A stretch of DNA of 64,000 nt. Source: Veleropilina oligotropha. Taxonomy: Eukaryota. Below, in pieces: positions 43,401-55,400 of this stretch. Position 1 is the first letter of the stretch, and every line of letters begins with the position of its first letter. The notes under the pieces were generated by a model. That model saw nothing but the letters and a program-made list of their open reading frames with translations. It made no database searches and was not told the DNA's origin. Made by a program: the position numbers and the translations under genes. Where the stretch lies: positions 1 through 64,000 of the forward strand of contig JBEUKZ010000057.1 of assembly GCA_048128005.1 (NCBI GenBank), given 5' to 3'.

Positions 43401-46400
43401 GCCAGGCAGTATCATCTGTCCATGGCAGTAACTAGCCTGTGAGTGAGCGGTCGGGCAGTAGCATCTGTCATGGCAGTAACTAGCCTGTGAGTGAGCGGCC
43501 GGTCAGTAGCATCTGTCATGGCAGTAACTAGCCTGTGAGTGAGCGGCCAGGCAGTAGCATCTGTCATGGCAGTAACTAGCCTGTGAGTGAGCGGCCGGGC
43601 AGTAGCATCTGTCATGGCAGTAACTAGCCTGTGAGTGAGCGGCCGGGCAGTAGCATCTGTCATGGCAGTAACTAGCCTGTGAGTGAGCGGCCGGGCAGTA
43701 GCATCTGTCATGGCAGTAACTAGCCTGTGAGTGAGCGGCCGGGCAGTAGCATCTGTCATGGCAGTAACTAGCCTGTGAGTGAGCGGCCAGGCAGTAGCAT
43801 CTGTCATGGCAGTAACTAGCCTGTGAGTGAGCGGCCAGGCAGTATCATCTGTCCATGGCAGTAACTAGCCTGTGAGTGAGCGGCCAGGCAGTATCATCTG
43901 TCCATGGCAGTAACTAGCCTGTGAGTGAGCGGTCGGGCAGTAGCATCTGTCATAGCAGTAACTAGCCTGTGAGTGAGCGGCCGGGCAGTAGCATCTGTCA
44001 TGGCAGTAACTAGCCTGTGAGTGAGCGGCCAGGCAGTATCATCTGTCCATGGCAGTAACTAGCCTGTGAGTGAGCGGTCGGGCAGTAGCATCTGTCATGG
44101 CAGTAACTAGCCTGTGAGTGAGCGGCCAGGCAGTATCATCTGTCCATGGCAGTAACTAGCCTGTGAGTGAGCGGTCGGGCAGTAGCATCTGTCATGGCAG
44201 TAACTAGCCTGTGAGTGAGCGGCCGGGCAGTAGCATCTGTCATGGCAGTAACTAGCCTGTGAGTGAGCGGCCGGGCAGTAGCATCTGTCATGGCAGTAAC
44301 TAGCCTGTGAGTGAGCGGCCGGGCAGTAGCATCTGTCATGGCAGTAACTAGCCTGTGAGTGAGCGGCCGGGCAGTAGCATCTGTCATGGCAGTAACTAGC
44401 CTGTGAGTGAGCGGCCGGGCAGTAGCATCTGTCATGGCAGTAACTAGCCTGTGAGTGAGCGGCCGGGCAGTAGCATCTGTCATGGCAGTAACTAGCCTGT
44501 GAGTGAGCGGCCGGGCAGTAGCATCTGTCATGGCAGTAACTAGCCTGTGAGTGAGCGGCCGGGCAGTAGCATCTGTCATGGCAGTAACTAGCCTGTGAGT
44601 GAGCGGCCGGGCAGTAGCATCTGTCATAGCAGTAACTAGCCTGTGAGTGAGCGGCCGGGCAGTAGCATCTGTCATGGCAGTAACTAGCCTGTGAGTGAGC
44701 GGCCGGGCAGTATCATTTATCCATGGCAGTAACTAGCCTGTGAGTGAGCGGCCGGGCAGTAGCATTTGTCCATAGCAGTAACTAGCCTGTGACTGAGCGG
44801 CTGGGTAGTATCATCTGTCCATGGCAGTAACTAGCCTGTGAGTGAGTGGCCGGGTAGTATCATCTGTCCATGGCAGTAACTAGCCTGTGAGTGAGCGGCC
44901 GGGCAGTATCATCTGTCCATGGCAGTAACTAGCCTGTGAGTGAGCGGCCGGGCAGTATCATCTGTCCATGGCAGTAACTAGCCTGTGAGTGATGGCCAGG
45001 CATCTGTCATGGCAGTAACTAGCCTGTGAGTGATGGCCAGGCATCTGTCATGGCAGTAACTAGCCTGTGAGTGAGCGGCCGGGCAGTAGCATCTGTCATG
45101 GCAGTAACTAGCCTGTGAGTGAGCGGCCGGGCAGTAGCATCTGTCATGGCAGTAACTAGCCTGTGAGTGAGCGGCCGGGCAGTAGCATCTGTCATGGCAG
45201 TAACTAGCCTGTGAGTGAGCGGCCAGGCAGTAGCATCTGTCATGGCAGTAACTAGCCTGTGAGTGAGCGGCCGGGCAGTATCATCTGTCATGGCAGTAAC
45301 TAGCCTGTGAGTGAGCGGCCAGGCAGTATCATCTGTCCATGGCAGTAACTAGCCTGTGAGTGAGCGGCCGGGCAGTAGCATCTGTCATGGCAGTAACTAG
45401 CCTGTGAGTGAGCGGCCGGGCAGTAGCATCTGTCATGGCAGTAACTAGCCTGTGAGTGAGCGGCCAGGCAGTAGCATCTGTCATGGCAGTAACTAGCCTG
45501 TGAGTGAGCGGCCGGGCAGTAGCATCTGTCATGGCAGTAACTAGCCTGTGAGTGAGCGGCCGGGCAGTAGCATCTGTCATGGCAGTAACTAGCCTGTGAG
45601 TGAGCGGCCGGGCAGTAGCATCTGTCATGGCAGTAACTAGCCTGTGAGTGAGCGGCCGGGCAGTAGCATCTGTCCATGGCAGTAACTAGCCTGTGAGTGA
45701 GCGGCCGGGCAGTATCATCTGTCATGGCAGTAACTAGCCTGTGAGTGAGCGGCCGGGCAGTATCATCTGTCCATGGCAGTAACTAGCCTGTGAGTGAGCG
45801 GCCGGGCAGTAGCATCTGTCATGGCAGTAACTAGCGTGTGAGTGAGCGGCCGGGCAGTATCATCTGTCCATGGCAGTAACTAGCCTGTGAGTGAGCGGCC
45901 GGGCAGTAGCATCTGTCATGGCAGTAACTAGCCTGTGAGTGAGCGGCCAGGCAGTATCATCTGTCATGGCAGTAACTAGCCTGTGAGTGAGCGGCCGGGC
46001 AGTAGCATCTGTCATGGCAGTAACTAGCCTGTGAGTGAGCGGCCAGGCAGTAGCATCTGTCATGGCAGTAACTAGCCTGTGAGTGAGCGGCCGGGCAGTA
46101 GCATCTGTCTTGGCAGTAACTAGCCTGTGAGTGAGCGGCCGGGCAGTAGCATCTGTCATGGCAGTAACTAGCCTGTGAGTGAGCGGCCGGGCAGTAGCAT
46201 CTGTCATGGCAGTAACTAGCCTGTGAGTGAGCGGCCAGGCAGTAGCATCTGTCATGGCAGTAACTAGCCTGTGAGTGAGCGGCCGGGCAGTAGCATCTGT
46301 CATGGCAGTAACTAGCCTGTGAGTGAGCGGCCGGGCAGTAGCATCTGTCATGGCAGTAACTAGCCTGTGAGTGAGCGGCCGGGCAGTAGCATCTGTCATG

Positions 46401-49400
46401 GCAGTAACTAGCCTGTGAGTGAGCGGCCGGGCAGTAGCATCTGTCATGGCAGTAACTAGCCTGTGAGTGAGCGGCCGGGCAGTAGCATCTGTCATGGCAG
46501 TAACCAGCCTGTGAGTGAGCGGCCGGGCAGTATCATTTATCCATGGCAGTAACTAGCCTGTGAGTGAGCGGCCGGGCAGTAGCATTTGTCCATAGCAGTA
46601 ACTAGCCTGTGACTGAGCGGCCGGGTAGTATCATCTGTCCATGGCAGTAACTAGCCTGTGATTGACCGGCCGGGTAGTATCATCTGTCCATGGCAGTAAC
46701 TAGCCTGTGAGTGAGCGGCCGGGCAGTATCATCTGTCCATGGCAGTAACTAGCCTGTGAGTGAGCGGCCGGGCAGTATCATCTGTCATGGCAGTAACTAG
46801 CCTGTGAGTGAGCGGCCGGGCAGTATCATCTGTCATGGCAGTAACTAGCCTGTGAGTGAGCGGCCGGGCAGTAGCATCTGTCATGGCAGTAACTAGCCTG
46901 TGAGTGAGCGGCCGGGCAGTAGCATCTGTCATGGCAGTAACTAGCCTGTGAGTGAGCCGCCGGGCAGTAGCATCTGTCATGGCAGTAACTAGCCTGTGAG
47001 TGAGCGGCCGGGCAGTATCATCTGTCCATGGCAGTAACTAGCCTGTGAGTGAGCGGCCGGGCAGTATCATCTGTCATGGCAGTAACTAGCCTGTGAGTGA
47101 GCGGCCGGGCAGTAGCATCTGTCATGGCAGTAACTAGCCTGTGAGTGAGCGGCCGGGCAGTAGCATCTGTCATGGCAGTAACTAGCCTGTGAGTGAGCGG
47201 CCGGGCAGTATCATTTATCCATGGCAGTAACTAGCCTGTGAGTGAGCCGCCGGGCAGTAGCATCTGTCATGGCAGTAACTAGCCTGTGAGTGAGCGGCCG
47301 GGCAGTAGCATCTGTCATGGCAGTAACTAGCCTGTGAGTGAGCGGCCGGGCAGTAGCATCTGTCATGGCAGTAACTAGCCTGTGAGTGAGCGGCCGGGCA
47401 GTATCATTTATCCATGGCAGTAACTAGCCTGTGAGTGAGCGGCCGGGCAGTAGCATCTGTCATGGCAGTAACTAGCCTGTGAGTGAGCGGCCGGGCAGTA
47501 GCATCTGTCATGGCAGTAACTAGCCTGTGAGTGATGGCCAGGCATCTGTCATGGCAGTAACTAGCCTGTGAGTGAGCGGCCAGGCAGTAGCATCTGTCAT
47601 GGCAGTAACTAGCCTGTGAGTGAGCGGCCGGGCAGTAGCATCTGTCATGGCAGTAACTAGCCTGTGAGTGAGCGGCCGGGCAGTATCATCTGTCCATGGC
47701 AGTAAGTAGCCTGTGAGTGAGTGGCCGGGCAGTATCATTTGTCCATGGCAGTAACTAGCCTGTGAGTGAGCGGCCGGGCAGTATCATCTGTCCATGGCAG
47801 TAACTAGCCTGTGAGTGAGCGGCCGGGCAGTAGCATCTGTCCATGGCAGTAACTAGCCTGTGAGTGAGCGGCCGGGCAGTAGCATCTGTCATGGCAGTAA
47901 CTAGCCTGTGAGTGAGCGGCCGGGCAGTAGCATCTGTGATGGCAGTAACTAGCCTGTGAGTGAGCGGCCGGGCAGTGGCATCTGTCATGGCAGTAACTAG
48001 CCTGTGAGTGAGCGGCCGGGCAGTAGCATCTGTCATGGCAGTAACTAGCCTGTGAGTGAGCGGCCGGGCAGTAGCATCTGTCCATGGCAGTAACTAGCCT
48101 GTGAGTGAGCGGCCGGGCAGTATCATCTGTCATGGCAGTAACTAGCCTGTGAGTGAGCGGCCGGGCAGTATCATCTGTCCATGGCAGTAACTAGCCTGTG
48201 AGTGAGCGGCCGGGCAGTAGCATCTGTCATGGCAGTAACTAGCGTGTGAGTGAGCGGCCGGGCAGTATCATCTGTCCATGGCAGTAACTAGCCTGTGAGT
48301 GAGCGGCCGGGCAGTAGCATCTGTCATGGCAGTAACTAGCCTGTGAGTGAGCGGCCAGGCAGTATCATCTGTCATGGCAGTAACTAGCCTGTGAGTGAGC
48401 GGCCGGGCAGTAGCATCTGTCATGGCAGTAACTAGCCTGTGAGTGAGCGGCCAGGCAGTAGCATCTGTCATGGCAGTAACTAGCCTGTGAGTGAGCGGCC
48501 GGGCAGTAGCATCTGTCTTGGCAGTAACTAGCCTGTGATTGAGCGGCCGGGCAGTAGCATCTGTCATGGCAGTAACTAGCCTGTGAGTGAGCGGCCGGGC
48601 AGTAGCATCTGTCATGGCAGTAACTAGCCTGTGAGTGAGCGGCCAGGCAGTAGCATCTGTCATGGCAGTAACTAGCCTGTGAGTGAGCGGCCGGGCAGTA
48701 GCATCTGTCATGGCAGTAACTAGCCTGTGAGTGAGCGGCCGGGCAGTAGCATCTGTCATGGCAGTAACTAGCCTGTGAGTGAGCGGCCAGGCATTTGTCC
48801 ATGGCAGTAACTAGCCTGTGAGTGAGCGGCCGGGCAGTAGCATCTGTCATGGCAGTAACTAGCCTGTGAGTGAGCGGCCGGGCAGTAGCATCTGTCATGG
48901 CAGTAACTAGCCTGTGAGTGAGCGGCCGGGCAGTAGCATCTGTCATGGCAGTAACCAGCCTGTGAGTGAGCGGCCGGGCAGTATCATTTATCCATGGCAG
49001 TAACTAGCCTGTGAGTGAGCGGCCGGGCAGTAGCATTTGTCCATAGCAGTAACTAGCCTGTGACTGAGCGGCCGGGTAGTATCATCTGTCCATGGCAGTA
49101 ACTAGCCTGTGAGTGACCGGCCGGGTAGTATCATCTGTCCATGGCAGTAACTAGCCTGTGAGTGAGCGGCCGGGCAGTATCATCTGTCCATGGCAGTAAC
49201 TAGCCTGTGAGTGAGCGGCCGGGCAGTATCATCTGTCATGGCAGTAACTAGCCTGTGAGTGAGCGGCCGGGCAGTATCATCTGTCATGGCAGTAACTAGC
49301 CTGTGAGTGAGCGGCCGGGCAGTAGCATCTGTCATGGCAGTAACTAGCCTGTGAGTGAGCGGCCGGGCAGTAGCATCTGTCATGGCAGTAACTAGCCTGT

Positions 49401-52400
49401 GAGTGAGCCGCCGGGCAGTAGCATCTGTCATGGCAGTAACTAGCCTGTGAGTGAGCGGCCGGGCAGTATCATCTGTCCATGGCAGTAACTAGCCTGTGAG
49501 TGAGCGGCCGGGCAGTATCATCTGTCATGGCAGTAACTAGCCTGTGAGTGAGCGGCCGGGCAGTAGCATCTGTCATGGCAGTAACTAGCCTGTGAGTGAG
49601 CGGCCGGGCAGTAGCATCTGTCATGGCAGTAACTAGCCTGTGAGTGAGCGGCCGGGCAGTATCATTTATCCATGGCAGTAACTAGCCTGTGAGTGAGCGG
49701 CCGGGCAGTAGCATCTGTCATGGCAGTAACTAGCCTGTGAGTGAGCGGCCGGGCAGTAGCATCTGTCATGGCAGTAACTAGCCTGTGAGTGAGCGGCCGG
49801 GCAGTAGCATCTGTCATGGCAGTAACTAGCCTGTGAGTGAGTGGCCGGGCAGTATCATTTATCCATGGCAGTAACTAGCCTGTGAGTGAGCGGCCGGGCA
49901 GTAGCATCTGTCATGGCAGTAACTAGCCTGTGAGTGAGCGGCCGGGCAGTAGCATCTGTCATGGCAGTAACTAGCCTGTGAGTGATGGCCAGGCATCTGT
50001 CATGGCAGTAACTAGCCTGTGAGTGAGCGGCCAGGCAGTAGCATCTGTCATGGCAGTAACTAGCCTGTGAGTGAGCGGCCGGGCAGTAGCATCTGTCATG
50101 GCAGTAACTAGCCTGTGAGTGAGCGGCCGGGCAGTATCATCTGTCCATGGCAGTAAGTAGCCTGTGAGTGAGTGGCCGGGCAGTATCATTTGTCCATGGC
50201 AGTAACTAGCCTGTGAGTGAGCGGCCGGGCAGTAGCATCTGTCCATGGCAGTAACTAGCCTGTGAGTGAGCGGCCGGGCAGTAGCATCTGTCATGGCAGT
50301 AACTAGCCTGTGAGTGAGCGGCCGGGCAGTAGCATCTGTCATGGCAGTAACTAGCCTGTGAGTGAGCGGCCGGGCAGTAGCATCTGTCCATGGCAGTAAC
50401 TAGCCTGTGAGTGAGCGGCCGGGCAGTATCATCTGTCATGGCAGTAACTAGCCTGTGAGTGAGCGGCCGGGCAGTATCATCTGTCCATGGCAGTAACTAG
50501 CCTGTGAGTGAGCGGCCGGGCAGTAGCATCTGTCATGGCAGTAACTAGCGTGTGAGTGAGCGGCCGGGCAGTATCATCTGTCCATGGCAGTAACTAGCCT
50601 GTGAGTGAGCGGCCGGGCAGTAGCATCTGTCATGGCAGTAACTAGCCTGTGAGTGAGCGGCCAGGCAGTATCATCTGTCATGGCAGTAACTAGCCTGTGA
50701 GTGAGCGGCCGGGCAGTAGCATCTGTCATGGCAGTAACTAGCCTGTGAGTGAGCGGCCAGGCAGTAGCATCTGTCATGGCAGTAACTAGCCTGTGAGTGA
50801 GCGGCCGGGCAGTAGCATCTGTCTTGGCAGTAACTAGCCTGTGAGTGAGCGGCCGGGCAGTAGCATCTGTCATGGCAGTAACTAGCCTGTGAGTGAGCGG
50901 CCGGGCAGTAGCATCTGTCATGGCAGTAACTAGCCTGTGAGTGAGCGGCCAGGCAGTAGCATCTGTCATGGCAGTAACTAGCCTGTGAGTGAGCGGCCGG
51001 GCAGTAGCATCTGTCATGGCAGTAACTAGCCTGTGAGTGAGCGGCCGGGCAGTAGCATCTGTCATGGCAGTAACTAGCCTGTGAGTGAGCGGCCGGGCAG
51101 TAGCATCTGTCATGGCAGTAACTAGCCTGTGAGTGAGCGGCCGGGCAGTAGCATCTGTCATGGCAGTAACTAGCCTGTGAGTGAGCGGCCGGGCAGTAGC
51201 ATCTGTCATGGCAGTAACCAGCCTGTGAGTGAGCGGCCGGGCAGTATCATTTATCCATGGCAGTAACTAGCCTGTGAGTGAGCGGCCGGGCAGTAGCATT
51301 TGTCCATAGCAGTAACTAGCCTGTGACTGAGCGGCCGGGTAGTATCATCTGTCCATGGCAGTAACTAGCCTGTGATTGACCGGCCGGGTAGTATCATCTG
51401 TCCATGGCAGTAACTAGCCTGTGAGTGAGCGGCCGGGCAGTATCATCTGTCCATGGCAGTAACTAGCCTGTGAGTGAGCGGCCGGGCAGTATCATCTGTC
51501 ATGGCAGTAACTAGCCTGTGAGTGAGCGGCCGGGCAGTATCATCTGTCATGGCAGTAACTAGCCTGTGAGTGAGCGGCCGGGCAGTAGCATCTGTCATGG
51601 CAGTAACTAGCCTGTGAGTGAGCGGCCGGGCAGTAGCATCTGTCATGGCAGTAACTAGCCTGTGAGTGAGCCGCCGGGCAGTAGCATCTGTCATGGCAGT
51701 AACTAGCCTGTGAGTGAGCGGCCGGGCAGTATCATCTGTCCATGGCAGTAACTAGCCTGTGAGTGAGCGGCCGGGCAGTATCATCTGTCATGGCAGTAAC
51801 TAGCCTGTGAGTGAGCGGCCGGGCAGTAGCATCTGTCATGGCAGTAACTAGCCTGTGAGTGAGCGGCCGGGCAGTAGCATCTGTCATGGCAGTAACTAGC
51901 CTGTGAGTGAGCGGCCGGGCAGTATCATTTATCCATGGCAGTAACTAGCCTGTGAGTGAGCCGCCGGGCAGTAGCATCTGTCATGGCAGTAACTAGCCTG
52001 TGAGTGAGCGGCCGGGCAGTAGCATCTGTCATGGCAGTAACTAGCCTGTGAGTGAGCGGCCGGGCAGTAGCATCTGTCATGGCAGTAACTAGCCTGTGAG
52101 TGAGCGGCCGGGCAGTATCATTTATCCATGGCAGTAACTAGCCTGTGAGTGAGCGGCCGGGCAGTAGCATCTGTCATGGCAGTAACTAGCCTGTGAGTGA
52201 GCGGCCGGGCAGTAGCATCTGTCATGGCAGTAACTAGCCTGTGAGTGATGGCCAGGCATCTGTCATGGCAGTAACTAGCCTGTGAGTGAGCGGCCAGGCA
52301 GTAGCATCTGTCATGGCAGTAACTAGCCTGTGAGTGAGCGGCCGGGCAGTAGCATCTGTCATGGCAGTAACTAGCCTGTGAGTGAGCGGCCGGGCAGTAT

Positions 52401-55400
52401 CATCTGTCCATGGCAGTAAGTAGCCTGTGAGTGAGTGGCCGGGCAGTATCATTTGTCCATGGCAGTAACTAGCCTGTGAGTGAGCGGCCGGGCAGTATCA
52501 TCTGTCCATGGCAGTAACTAGCCTGTGAGTGAGCGGCCGGGCAGTAGCATCTGTCCATGGCAGTAACTAGCCTGTGAGTGAGCGGCCGGGCAGTAGCATC
52601 TGTCATGGCAGTAACTAGCCTGTGAGTGAGCGGCCGGGCAGTAGCATCTGTGATGGCAGTAACTAGCCTGTGAGTGAGCGGCCGGGCAGTGGCATCTGTC
52701 ATGGCAGTAACTAGCCTGTGAGTGAGCGGCCGGGCAGTAGCATCTGTCATGGCAGTAACTAGCCTGTGAGTGAGCGGCCGGGCAGTAGCATCTGTCCATG
52801 GCAGTAACTAGCCTGTGAGTGAGCGGCCGGGCAGTATCATCTGTCATGGCAGTAACTAGCCTGTGAGTGAGCGGCCGGGCAGTATCATCTGTCCATGGCA
52901 GTAACTAGCCTGTGAGTGAGCGGCCGGGCAGTAGCATCTGTCATGGCAGTAACTAGCGTGTGAGTGAGCGGCCGGGCAGTATCATCTGTCCATGGCAGTA
53001 ACTAGCCTGTGAGTGAGCGGCCGGGCAGTAGCATCTGTCATGGCAGTAACTAGCCTGTGAGTGAGCGGCCAGGCAGTATCATCTGTCATGGCAGTAACTA
53101 GCCTGTGAGTGAGCGGCCGGGCAGTAGCATCTGTCATGGCAGTAACTAGCCTGTGAGTGAGCGGCCAGGCAGTAGCATCTGTCATGGCAGTAACTAGCCT
53201 GTGAGTGAGCGGCCGGGCAGTAGCATCTGTCTTGGCAGTAACTAGCCTGTGATTGAGCGGCCGGGCAGTAGCATCTGTCATGGCAGTAACTAGCCTGTGA
53301 GTGAGCGGCCGGGCAGTAGCATCTGTCATGGCAGTAACTAGCCTGTGAGTGAGCGGCCAGGCAGTAGCATCTGTCATGGCAGTAACTAGCCTGTGAGTGA
53401 GCGGCCGGGCAGTAGCATCTGTCATGGCAGTAACTAGCCTGTGAGTGAGCGGCCGGGCAGTAGCATCTGTCATGGCAGTAACTAGCCTGTGAGTGAGCGG
53501 CCAGGCATTTGTCCATGGCAGTAACTAGCCTGTGAGTGAGCGGCCGGGCAGTAGCATCTGTCATGGCAGTAACTAGCCTGTGAGTGAGCGGCCGGGCAGT
53601 AGCATCTGTCATGGCAGTAACTAGCCTGTGAGTGAGCGGCCGGGCAGTAGCATCTGTCATGGCAGTAACCAGCCTGTGAGTGAGCGGCCGGGCAGTATCA
53701 TTTATCCATGGCAGTAACTAGCCTGTGAGTGAGCGGCCGGGCAGTAGCATTTGTCCATAGCAGTAACTAGCCTGTGACTGAGCGGCCGGGTAGTATCATC
53801 TGTCCATGGCAGTAACTAGCCTGTGAGTGACCGGCCGGGTAGTATCATCTGTCCATGGCAGTAACTAGCCTGTGAGTGAGCGGCCGGGCAGTATCATCTG
53901 TCCATGGCAGTAACTAGCCTGTGAGTGAGCGGCCGGGCAGTATCATCTGTCATGGCAGTAACTAGCCTGTGAGTGAGCGGCCGGGCAGTATCATCTGTCA
54001 TGGCAGTAACTAGCCTGTGAGTGAGCGGCCGGGCAGTAGCATCTGTCATGGCAGTAACTAGCCTGTGAGTGAGCGGCCGGGCAGTAGCATCTGTCATGGC
54101 AGTAACTAGCCTGTGAGTGAGCCGCCGGGCAGTAGCATCTGTCATGGCAGTAACTAGCCTGTGAGTGAGCGGCCGGGCAGTATCATCTGTCCATGGCAGT
54201 AACTAGCCTGTGAGTGAGCGGCCGGGCAGTATCATCTGTCATGGCAGTAACTAGCCTGTGAGTGAGCGGCCGGGCAGTAGCATCTGTCATGGCAGTAACT
54301 AGCCTGTGAGTGAGCGGCCGGGCAGTAGCATCTGTCATGGCAGTAACTAGCCTGTGAGTGAGCGGCCGGGCAGTATCATTTATCCATGGCAGTAACTAGC
54401 CTGTGAGTGAGCGGCCGGGCAGTAGCATCTGTCATGGCAGTAACTAGCCTGTGAGTGAGCGGCCGGGCAGTAGCATCTGTCATGGCAGTAACTAGCCTGT
54501 GAGTGAGCGGCCGGGCAGTAGCATCTGTCATGGCAGTAACTAGCCTGTGAGTGAGTGGCCGGGCAGTATCATTTATCCATGGCAGTAACTAGCCTGTGAG
54601 TGAGCGGCCGGGCAGTAGCATCTGTCATGGCAGTAACTAGCCTGTGAGTGAGCGGCCGGGCAGTAGCATCTGTCATGGCAGTAACTAGCCTGTGAGTGAT
54701 GGCCAGGCATCTGTCATGGCAGTAACTAGCCTGTGAGTGAGCGGCCAGGCAGTAGCATCTGTCATGGCAGTAACTAGCCTGTGAGTGAGCGGCCGGGCAG
54801 TAGCATCTGTCATGGCAGTAACTAGCCTGTGAGTGAGCGGCCGGGCAGTATCATCTGTCCATGGCAGTAAGTAGCCTGTGAGTGAGTGGCCGGGCAGTAT
54901 CATTTGTCCATGGCAGTAACTAGCCTGTGAGTGAGCGGCCGGGCAGTAGCATCTGTCCATGGCAGTAACTAGCCTGTGAGTGAGCGGCCGGGCAGTAGCA
55001 TCTGTCATGGCAGTAACTAGCCTGTGAGTGAGCGGCCGGGCAGTAGCATCTGTCATGGCAGTAACTAGCCTGTGAGTGAGCGGCCGGGCAGTAGCATCTG
55101 TCCATGGCAGTAACTAGCCTGTGAGTGAGCGGCCTGGCTTTCCCCCTGTGATCACGTCGCTTCGACAGTACAGTGGTGTCGTTGTGGACTCCGAAAATCA
55201 CTGACTTGATTCCGCCTACGCGAAAAGTAGTGGGTTCAAATCTCGGCAGAGGCAGCACACATTAATTTGTTCAAATTATGGATCACAATTGTCCGTAGCT
55301 GGTCGGAGAGGGCGGGTTTCCCCGGGCGACCGGGCTTTCCTCCCGCGATAATACGGACATGTCCTGCTTTGAACCAAATGATGGTTGGAAATATACAGGA

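Noticed and set aside
29524..55134. Hammerhead-ribozyme satellite (newt/schistosome type)
   Set aside because: No CTGANGA...GAAA catalytic core seen in the 48-, 45-, 32- or 29-bp units on either strand by eye; an Infernal search would be decisive.
16125..55258. Long repetitive ORFs (MVRSAAHIHTWSDQ..., MTDATARPLTHRLVTA...) as proteins
   Set aside because: They are translations of the 29- and 48-bp satellites on the antisense strand of introns, with frequent frameshifting indels.
55155..55260. tRNA genes at the SINE heads (tRNA-Ser-like GACT..GAAATC arm)
   Set aside because: The cloverleafs are degenerate and run into shared SINE bodies with TSDs, so these are SINE heads rather than tRNA genes.
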